From NCBI GenBank assembly GCA_049515895.1, contig JBEKTQ010000002.1, positions 96,001 to 160,000 on the forward strand: a stretch of DNA of 64,000 nucleotides. Reading direction: 5' to 3'. Source of the DNA: Candidatus Bathyarchaeia archaeon. GTDB taxonomy: Archaea > Thermoproteota > Bathyarchaeia > Bathyarchaeales > Bathycorpusculaceae. Each line of letters starts with the position of its first letter. The stretch's first letter is position 1. The translations under genes and the position numbers were made by a program. The notes beneath the pieces are model-generated. The model was given only the letters and a program-made list of their open reading frames with translations. It searched no databases and had not been told where the DNA came from. Below, piece after piece: positions 19,921-28,253 of this stretch.

Positions 19921-20190
19921 GATTGTGTTTTTGCCAGAAACTATACTGAAATCAAGTTCGGCGCAGGGTTTATCCTTCTTAATAATCCCTACAATTATGT
20001 GTAATGTACAGCTTAGTATATAGGCTAGTTACCTGAAAATGATTCTTTCCATGCAATTTCCATTTTTAGAATCCCTTGGACATTCCCGGGTCCAATTGCA
20101 TGAAAACATCCATTGAAATGGCCCAGCCAATTCGAGCATGTTTTTATGTGATACTTCATTTAGGCTGCAGTACGACTCGGAGGAACCTTC

Positions 20191-20565
20191 ATGAAAAGTA
20201 TTGCATTAGTCGCGCATGACAATAAGAAAAAGGATATTGTTGAATGGTGCGATTTCAACAAAGGAACGTTGTCCCAGCATTGTCTTTATGCGACTGGAAC
20301 AACTGGTCAGCAGATAATTGACAAAACCGGATTGCGGATAACTCTTCTGAAAAGTGGACCTTACGGCGGAGACATGGAGCTTGGAGCTTTGATTGCCAAT
20401 AACAAACTAGATATTTTGATATTCTTTTGGGACCCTTTGGAGTCGCAACCTCATGACGTAGACGTTAAAGCTGTTCTCAGATTGGCTGTGCTCTACAATA
20501 TTCCAACCGCCTGCAACAGAGCGACAGCCAACATGATTATTTCCAGCCCCATGTTCAATAATTAG
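20191..20565 (+). CDS. mgsA: Methylglyoxal synthase
   Basis: GGAGG SD; IALVAHDNKK, ATGTTG, SGPYGGD, FFWDPL..QPHDVDVKA, ACNRATA. Confidence 0.95.
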   Translation: MKSIALVAHDNKKKDIVEWCDFNKGTLSQHCLYATGTTGQQIIDKTGLRITLLKSGPYGGDMELGALIANNKLDILIFFWDPLESQPHDVDVKAVLRLAVLYNIPTACNRATANMIISSPMFNN

Positions 20566-20976
20566 CCTGCCACGATTCTCAAGCAAGAATCACTTTTCCT
20601 TATGAACATAGACGATGCAAATAAGAAAAAGAGGGCAAACTCCTATATGTTAGACAGCAAGCATTGGATAGCAGCGATCAAATATGAACCCTGAAAACTA
20701 CAAAACAAAAAGGAAAGGACAACCCAAAGCAAGAAACTCTGCGGGTCGAGCCAAAAAACGCGCCACGATCAAACCATGGACACCAGCCGCTACTCCAAAA
20801 CTACGAGAAATCTACGCTACTAAAACTGAATGGGCAACCAAGATTATGCCTAAGCCAAAAGAGTAGATTTTGCCGGAAAACCAAATCGAAAGTTAGTTTT
20901 TAAATTTCTAATAAGATTAGAAATTAAAAGCAATTTTTATATTAAATTCTTCAAGAATAAGTGAGTAGGGATATTG

Positions 20977-21001
20977 TGGTGGGCCGAGCCGAACTTGAAT
21001 C
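20977..21001 (-). repeat. Displaced copy of tRNA-Val 3' end (att-like), including CCA
   Basis: 20979-21001 matches 32050-32072 at 21/23 nt; TGG at 20977-20979 reads CCA on the minus strand. Confidence 0.85.
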
Positions 21002-21250
21002 CAGAGGTTCAAGTCACAATAATTCTGGCAACGGTATTTCATAGAAAGCCAATCGATTTTCTAAAAAGTATGTTTGCTGGGACTCGAATCCCACGGGGCG
21101 AGTATGTTCCATAACTGAGAATGCAGTTCTGGGTCCGACTCAAACACTCAGTAACGCACCAAATATATACTGACACTACCCATAGCCTAGTCACCATGCA
21201 GATGAGAAAAAGGAACGAATGTTCTCTCTCGGCAAGTTATTGGCGGCACG

Positions 21251-24178
21251 TTGAGGCAACAAGAATTGAAAAAAATTAGAGGAAAAAAATTTACTACTAT
21301 TTTCCTCCTTGCTTTGCTTTGTTTCTCAATGGTTGCCGGGTTGTTTAAGGTTTCGTTAATTTTTATTCCTGAAGTTCATGCTACTGGCGGTGATTCTTCG
21401 CTGATAGGGAGCCTGGAAACAATCGTCAACTCAGTCGATTACGCCAATGACATAGATGACGTATATCAAGGAATGATTGTTGGGGAATCTTCAATGCAAC
21501 AATTGATAAATGCATACAATGCATTGACGACTGCAACGCTTGTTTTTCAGTGGACGCCTATACTCTCAAAACTTGGGTATGTTAATCAAACAACAATAGA
21601 ATGGGCGTTAGACAACCAACAAATGATGAGCGACGGATTACCATACACCTACTTGAACGGTTCAAAAGAAGCATTCCTCGTTTACGACAGATATATGATC
21701 CTCGCGTACGGCTATGCCATTCAATACAACTATGACTTAGCTAAGTGGAATTTGACGCAGGCATATGACAGCTTTAAAGCAGCTGTAGTTGCCAGCACGC
21801 ATCCCGCGCTTTTATGGATGGACCAAGATGGAACGCCCTATACAATATCTTATGGACCCAGATATTACGATGAATGCGGAGAGACAATTGACTGTTTCTT
21901 AGATTTCTATAACTTGGGGATAACAGCGGCGCTAAATGATTCATTATCTACTTGGCTTTGGGCAAACAACAACCTTTGGTCTGGAACAAATTACAATTAT
22001 GGTTTAAATTGGGCTGGTTACGAATGTGAAGCAGGAGGTTTCTTGCAAATCGCATTGAAACTATGGCACGCTGATAGTTTATTGCCCGACACTCAAAACT
22101 TGATAGCGGATCTAGAAAACAGGTTCCTTCAAGAGCAATTCTCTAGTCCACAATGGTTGAGCGGGGTAGTTTGCCACATGGCAGTATCTAATCCAGAACT
22201 TAGGCTTGAAAACACGGTTATGGCTTGGGCAGCGATCCTTGGAAGCTATGGAGAATTAAGCAGCACATACCAAACTGACGTACAAGACATGCTAACAGGG
22301 GCAGGAGGAACGACAACTCCAGCATGGTTAGGGCTTTTGCAAAGCTCTCTATGCGGTTCTGATTTTCCATATTTCTTAGAGCATTCAGATGATTCTGGAA
22401 CAAGTAACTACGCTACTGCTACGGGAGCCGATTTACTGTTCATGCTTGGAATTGTTCCTCAGACCGCATCTCTGGCTGTTCCGATAGAAGAGAATTCATA
22501 CGAATACATCTACAATATACTCGATCCTGAACTTTGCAATATAAACCTGAACACTAATGTTGTCACAGTATCTTTGGCTGCAGCGGGAACTTTGAACTTT
22601 CAATTCAATCAGACAGTGACTGGCAGTTTCGGTTCGCCTGGCATTTACGCTGTGCAATTCTCGTCTGATTGGAACAATTTGTTGAATATTACTTTCATAT
22701 CTGGACTGCCGTCAAACAGGCAATACATGTACACGTCACCACTTTCTTATTACATTAATTCTTCTGCTGATGCTAACGGCCTGATAAGTCCGAGCGGATC
22801 AGTAGTTGTCAATTATGGCAGCGATCAAGTCTTTACTATTGCCCCTAACGCGAACTATCACGTCGCCGATGTCGTGGTGGACGGCATCTCTGTTGGCGCG
22901 TTAACCTCGTATGTTTTCGCGAATGTTACTAGTCCTCACACAATATCAGCCAGCTTCGCGATTAACTCCTACACGATAAGTGTTACTCAGGGTGCTGACG
23001 GCCAGATCGCACCTGGAACAACCAATGTTAACTATGGTAATAGTCAAATCTTCACTATTACTCCTGCCGCTGGCTACTCTATTGCCTCTTTAATGGTCGA
23101 TGGTTCACCAGTGACGGTTGCATCATCGTATACATTCAGCAATGTCCAAGCTGCTCACTCGATCACTGCGACTTTTGCGACTAACACTTACGGTGTCACT
23201 GTTAACGTGGGCACTCACGGTTCATCAAATCTTGCTTCTCAGACAGCTGATTGGAACACGGCACTGAACTTTGTCTTTACTCCTGATTTGGGCTACAGTG
23301 TTGCCGACGTCGTAGTTAACGGGTACATTGATGAAGGCGCGGTTGCTTCTTTGAGTTTGACGATTACTGGTTCAACTATTGTCTCTGTGACGTTCGCGAT
23401 TAACACCTATTCAGTCACTGTTGCTCAGAGTACTGATGGCCAGATTGCCCCTCTAACAAGTGTTGTTACCTATGGCGCTACTCCAAGCTTCACTATTACG
23501 CCAAACGCCGGTTACCACATTGCGAGCATAACTGCTAATGATGCGTTAGTGAATGTTACTTCGCCTACGGGTCAAACTTACCAATTTAATTCGATATCGA
23601 CTGATAGTTCATTGACCGCGACTTTCGCGATTAACACGTACGCAATTACTGTTACTCAGACTGCTAACGGTGTTATTTCTCCCAATACGGTCACTGCTAA
23701 CCACGGCATCACTCAAAGCTTCCAAATTACTCCCGCCACTGGCCACCATATCACCAGCGTAACCGTTGATGGTTCTCCAGTGGCTGTTACATCATCTTCG
23801 GGTCAAACCTTTAGCTTCACCAACATTCAGGCAAACCACACAATCACTGCGACTTTCGCGATTGACTCCTTCAATATTACTTCTTCTGCTGGAGCTGGCG
23901 GCTCTATCGGCCCAAGTGAATCTATTAGCGTTAACTATGGTGACAATCAAACTTTCGCCATAACTCCCAATACTGGTTATTACATAGTTGAGGTTAGGGT
24001 GAATGGAAGTTCAGTTGGCGCGGTTAGCTCATACACGTTCAACAATGTTCAAACTGCATACACCATCTCGGCAACGTTTGCACTATCACCAACAATCTAT
24101 TGGATAGCGGTTGCCATAGTCATCGGGGCAATCGCAGCAGTTGTACTCTATTGGTCAAGAAAATTTGACTGCGCTTAG
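21251..24178 (+). CDS. Large cell-surface protein: putative alpha-helical catalytic domain, about six beta-sandwich (InlB-B-like) repeats and C-terminal TM
   Basis: N-terminal hydrophobic segment; repeats of G.ISP...VNYG..Q.F.ITP..GY.I..V.VDG...YTF.NV...HTI.ATFA; C-terminal TM. Confidence 0.85.
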   Translation: MRQQELKKIRGKKFTTIFLLALLCFSMVAGLFKVSLIFIPEVHATGGDSSLIGSLETIVNSVDYANDIDDVYQGMIVGESSMQQLINAYNALTTATLVFQWTPILSKLGYVNQTTIEWALDNQQMMSDGLPYTYLNGSKEAFLVYDRYMILAYGYAIQYNYDLAKWNLTQAYDSFKAAVVASTHPALLWMDQDGTPYTISYGPRYYDECGETIDCFLDFYNLGITAALNDSLSTWLWANNNLWSGTNYNYGLNWAGYECEAGGFLQIALKLWHADSLLPDTQNLIADLENRFLQEQFSSPQWLSGVVCHMAVSNPELRLENTVMAWAAILGSYGELSSTYQTDVQDMLTGAGGTTTPAWLGLLQSSLCGSDFPYFLEHSDDSGTSNYATATGADLLFMLGIVPQTASLAVPIEENSYEYIYNILDPELCNINLNTNVVTVSLAAAGTLNFQFNQTVTGSFGSPGIYAVQFSSDWNNLLNITFISGLPSNRQYMYTSPLSYYINSSADANGLISPSGSVVVNYGSDQVFTIAPNANYHVADVVVDGISVGALTSYVFANVTSPHTISASFAINSYTISVTQGADGQIAPGTTNVNYGNSQIFTITPAAGYSIASLMVDGSPVTVASSYTFSNVQAAHSITATFATNTYGVTVNVGTHGSSNLASQTADWNTALNFVFTPDLGYSVADVVVNGYIDEGAVASLSLTITGSTIVSVTFAINTYSVTVAQSTDGQIAPLTSVVTYGATPSFTITPNAGYHIASITANDALVNVTSPTGQTYQFNSISTDSSLTATFAINTYAITVTQTANGVISPNTVTANHGITQSFQITPATGHHITSVTVDGSPVAVTSSSGQTFSFTNIQANHTITATFAIDSFNITSSAGAGGSIGPSESISVNYGDNQTFAITPNTGYYIVEVRVNGSSVGAVSSYTFNNVQTAYTISATFALSPTIYWIAVAIVIGAIAAVVLYWSRKFDCA

Positions 24179-24197
24179 TCAAGAAACCTTAACGAGA

Positions 24198-24208
24198 AGC
24201 CTTTTATC
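24198..24208 (+). promoter_or_regulatory. BRE/TATA-like element AGCCTTTTATC starting 35 nt before ATG
   Basis: Identical 11-mer at identical spacing precedes the paralog at 44618. Confidence 0.65.
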
Positions 24209-24232
24209 ACTAACGGTTTATCAATACTTAAT

Positions 24233-26605
24233 ATGACTGGCGTAGGCAAAAGTTTCTCATTAATCCTGATTCTAATAATAACTTTCTCAACTCTAATAAC
24301 GATTGATTATGCACCCGCCGGCATGGCTCAAAGTGGCACAAGCGTAGGTGGCGTAATCAGTTCAGATACTACTTGGGCGCAAGCTACCAGTCCGTACAAT
24401 CTCACATCGCCTGTAATAGTGAGCAATGGGGCAACCTTAACCATCGATGCCGGTGTAACCGTGAACCTTAATGGTTATAATATACAAGTAAACGGAATTC
24501 TTAACGCACGGGGCAGCAGCAACAATAACATAGTCTTTAGTTCATCTGGTAGTGGAAGTATTGTCTTCACGGCAAGTAGCACAAGCTGGAATGAACAAGC
24601 AGCTAGTGGCTGCATAATTGAAAACTCTATTCTAAATCTCGTCTCGATAACCACCAGCAGTACTTCTCCAAAAATTAACAATAACACAATTACGTATTCT
24701 TACAACTCTGGTGGAATTGCAATTTCAGCAACCAGTGGCTCACCCATAATTTCAAACAATAGTGTTACCGGGGATATTGAAAGCATAAATGATGCTTCTC
24801 CGACAATAATCAACAATTTTGTTGTCGGTGGAATATGGGGTACTGGGTTGCTTGAAAGCACACCTGTAATTATGAATAATACTGTAAAAGGCGGAGCAAC
24901 TATAAGCTATTATTTGGGTACTGGAATCAGAGCTGACGGAAGCAATGTGTACATAGCCGGCAACACCGTCTTTGATTGTGCTACCGGCATTAACGTGTAT
25001 GATGGCACGTCAGTAATTGAAGGAAATTTGGTTATTGACAACGCAAAAGGAATAATTTTAACAGGGCCCATGTCAGCAGTATCAACAACAATTCAACATA
25101 ATTCAATCGTTTACAATACTGTTGGACTTAGTAGTTCTGGTAATCTTGGCTCTGTAACCATCTCATACAACAACATCCTAAACAACTCGCAATATAGCAT
25201 AGGTGTAAATGTCGCCTCTAATTGGTGGGGAACGACTGACCAGCAAGCAATCGCCCAGATACTTTCTGGTTCAGGTAATTTTGTGCCTTTCTTGAATGCA
25301 CCTGACCCGGGGGCTCCAGCGATTCCTAGTCAAAATCCAGCACCCGCTCCAACTCCAACGCCGAGTCCAACATCAAGTCCTTATCCAACACCTACTCTTT
25401 CACCAACTGCAACACCAACACCAACACCAACGCCAACCCCAATATCTACGCCAACTCCAACACCAACATCGGCACCACAAATCTTCACTCAAGCCTCCCT
25501 TAATGTTATGCCTAACCCTGTAGGTGTCGGTCAGATAGTTACCATTACTTTTGGGCTTAACCAATTGCCACCAACTGGATTTTTGTGGAATAACATAACG
25601 ATTAGAATTACGTATCCGGATGGAACTTCTGTAAGATTAGGACCATTTACCACGGGGGCAAATGGGCAAACATCAACGTTATTCACGCCTACCCAAGTTG
25701 GCAATTTCACTCTTCAGGCGCTCTTTCCAGGCCAAACTATTGCAGGCGCATATTATGAACCCTCCAACAGCAATGCATTTGCTCTCGAAGTGCAACAACA
25801 ACCACAACAGAGTCCTACCCCTTCACCGGTTCCTACGACAACCCCGATTCCGACACCAACGCCCTCACCTACAGCATCTCCAACTCCCGTGCCAACGCCG
25901 CCAGTGCCGACCTTATCATTCTATTGCATAAGTTCCACGACAACTTCTGGGTTTACCGTTCAAATTCAGGGATCATTGACACATAATGGAATAGGCTTAT
26001 CTGGTGATGGAATACAACTTTCAGACAGTGTCACGGGCGGAGTCACTTGGCAAGACTTAACTTATGTTAACACGGATGATAATGGAAGTTTCTCTGTTTC
26101 ATGGTATCCCTCTGCCTCAGGTAATTACGCTATTAAAGCTATATGGTCAGGCGACAACAACTATTCAAGTGCAAGTGCGACATACAATTTTGCAATTGCA
26201 CCGTTCAATAATCAAAATCAAAATGTTTTTTCTGTTACTTCAAATTCGACGCTTACGAGCTTAACGTTTGACTCAGCAACAAACGAGTTAAGCTTCGGCG
26301 TCTCTGGATCTTCAGGAACGACAGGGTTTACAGAAGTTTGCATTCCACGATCACTTGTCACTGATATTTCAAAGCTCAACGTCATGTTAGACGGCACTAC
26401 AGTCAGTTATGATTCCGTATCGAAGGGTAACGTTTGGATAATAACTTTTACTTATCACCACAGCAGCCACACAATAGTCATAGCACTTGAATCGTCCTCT
26501 GTCCCAGAATTTCCATCATCAGCAATATTGTCGCTGTTCATTGTAGCAGCAGTGTCCATTACAGCTGCGCTTGCGCTTAGAAAACGAAAAAAAGAGGAAA
26601 GCTAA
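24233..26605 (+). CDS. Exported right-handed beta-helix/Ig-like surface protein with Pro/Thr linkers and PEF-CTERM-like sorting signal
   Basis: Signal peptide, SDTTW, Asn-ladder repeats, NWWGTTD, two PT-rich linkers, VPEFP plus TM plus RKRKK. Confidence 0.88.
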   Translation: MTGVGKSFSLILILIITFSTLITIDYAPAGMAQSGTSVGGVISSDTTWAQATSPYNLTSPVIVSNGATLTIDAGVTVNLNGYNIQVNGILNARGSSNNNIVFSSSGSGSIVFTASSTSWNEQAASGCIIENSILNLVSITTSSTSPKINNNTITYSYNSGGIAISATSGSPIISNNSVTGDIESINDASPTIINNFVVGGIWGTGLLESTPVIMNNTVKGGATISYYLGTGIRADGSNVYIAGNTVFDCATGINVYDGTSVIEGNLVIDNAKGIILTGPMSAVSTTIQHNSIVYNTVGLSSSGNLGSVTISYNNILNNSQYSIGVNVASNWWGTTDQQAIAQILSGSGNFVPFLNAPDPGAPAIPSQNPAPAPTPTPSPTSSPYPTPTLSPTATPTPTPTPTPISTPTPTPTSAPQIFTQASLNVMPNPVGVGQIVTITFGLNQLPPTGFLWNNITIRITYPDGTSVRLGPFTTGANGQTSTLFTPTQVGNFTLQALFPGQTIAGAYYEPSNSNAFALEVQQQPQQSPTPSPVPTTTPIPTPTPSPTASPTPVPTPPVPTLSFYCISSTTTSGFTVQIQGSLTHNGIGLSGDGIQLSDSVTGGVTWQDLTYVNTDDNGSFSVSWYPSASGNYAIKAIWSGDNNYSSASATYNFAIAPFNNQNQNVFSVTSNSTLTSLTFDSATNELSFGVSGSSGTTGFTEVCIPRSLVTDISKLNVMLDGTTVSYDSVSKGNVWIITFTYHHSSHTIVIALESSSVPEFPSSAILSLFIVAAVSITAALALRKRKKEES

Positions 26606-26729
26606 CATAAGTGAAGAACCACTTTTGTGTTGTCGTACGGTTTCAAAGAATAAAGTAAAGTCGATTCAAAAAGTAGAGCACTCCTCTCCTGGGGAAAAGA
26701 CGCTAAAATAAACAGATTTTGGAATTAAG

Positions 26730-26752
26730 GTGGGCCGAACCGAACTTGAACC
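26730..26752 (-). repeat. Second displaced copy of tRNA-Val 3' end (att-like)
   Basis: GTGGGCCGAACCGAACTTGAACC matches 32050-32072 at 21/23 nt. Confidence 0.85.
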
Positions 26753-26964
26753 CAAACCAGGTAGAGCGAAAACACTCATGGCCATTACACAGTTTTGTGT
26801 AATTTTGGGGGGAGGCCTCGGGTCTTGGCGTTCGCTAACCGGGCTTATTTTGAGTTCTAAACCGTCTTAGCTGACAGAAAAATGACGCAGGCAAATTCTT
26901 CTTCTTGCAAATCATTGCACAAGTGCTTATAAACGTCCGTTGAGATGATGCCCTTCTCCGCCGT

Positions 26965-28084
26965 CTAAAACCTGTTGTATACCCTCTTGAAGCAGAGCAT
27001 AATGCTAATCACCTTAGTGGAAAACGGAATGGGTCCTAGACATCTGAAGCCAAGCTCCAACTCATTTGGAGCCAAATTCCCATAGAGACCCATACTAGAC
27101 AAGGTTCGGGTCCGGTGGGGCTCGTAGAAATATGAGCGAAAAGGTACTAATTTTATGGGTCGTTTCATAACCTCTCTTTTGATTAGTTCCTTCAGTTCGT
27201 GGCCTAGTAGTGTTAGCTGATGGTTCTCTGTTTGTTCATGGGTTTCTGTTATGTTGCCTCTTATTAATGCGTCTCTGCTTAAGATTTCCTCTGGGTTTTC
27301 TCCCCAGGCGCGTATGATTTCTTTGAGTTGTTCGATGCGGTTTAGTTGTGTTTTGGGTCGGATTGCAAGTCCAGCTGTTACATATAGGCTACGCAGTTTG
27401 TCTACTCCTAGACTCTGCACGTCCTCGTAGGTGCCGATGGTGTGGCCCATCCTATAAAGGATGTTTTCTGTATCGATTTTTGCGGTGCTAAGTTGGCTTC
27501 TGAAGAATTTCCTAAGACTATGAGTTCTGACGCTGTACATCCAGCTGGCGGGGGAGTTTCTTGGCGATTTTAGCGTTAACAGCTAAGTCATGGACGATTT
27601 TTCTAATGGTTTTCTCGCTAACGCCCAATATCTTATTGGTTATGTGCTCGTTTCTGATCAGCGGTGATTCGACGGTTAATTCTTCTGGAGGCATAGATCT
27701 ACCTCCTCTGCGTCGATCCTCCAAATAGAGTTTTAGCAGTTGGCACGCCTCAGCGTTTATGAAGGTGTCATAGTCATGGTATTTGCCCTTGGTTATGGCT
27801 GCTTCAACATGAATGTGGATAGGTACTCGTCCGGCTTCTAGATCTTCTTTTACGTGTCGGTACTTGAGTTTTGCAAAGGTTCCCTCTATGAAACCGCCTG
27901 TCGTTATGGCTGAGACAATGAAGGCTTCTCTGAATGCAGCTTTATCCAGCATGGTCGCGACTTCTTCTGGTTTAGGAGCTCTGTCTTTGAAGGCTGCTTT
28001 TCGGCTAAGTGGCTCGTTAAGTTCGACTTTTTTTACTCCGTTAGCTCGGTAGAAGGTTTTAACGGTTTTTATGCAGCGCTTCAT
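26965..28084 (-). pseudogene. Decayed tyrosine recombinase/integrase
   Basis: Two overlapping ORFs joined by a frameshift at the G5 run 27550-27554; ITKGK, HSLRK, MGH and a downstream Tyr; GGF-I-EG where the catalytic Arg is expected; N-terminus missing. Confidence 0.88.
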
Positions 28085-28253
28085 TCCGCACGCGTGCGCT
28101 CTGGCAATTGATCAAGCGCTGAGAATCTTTATAAGATTGATACAACTCCTAGAAAAGTCGGGAAGAAGTACCTAACTTCATTCTTGCTTATTCTCGAAAT
28201 AACAACTATAGTCTAGTGTATTTCTTCACCCAAGAAAAGGAGAAAAAAGAAAA

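Noticed and set aside
20684-20866. 60-aa basic ORF
   Set aside because: No SD or recognisable motif; may be the antisense shadow of a degraded hydrophobic frame, and neither reading can be supported
20903-20925. AATTTCTAATAAGATTAGA resembles a type V CRISPR repeat handle
   Set aside because: Single copy, no spacers and no cas genes in the window; kept only as a palindrome
25330-25910. CCAACA-type tandem repeats
   Set aside because: They encode Pro/Thr linkers inside the CDS and are not an independent repeat element or CRISPR array
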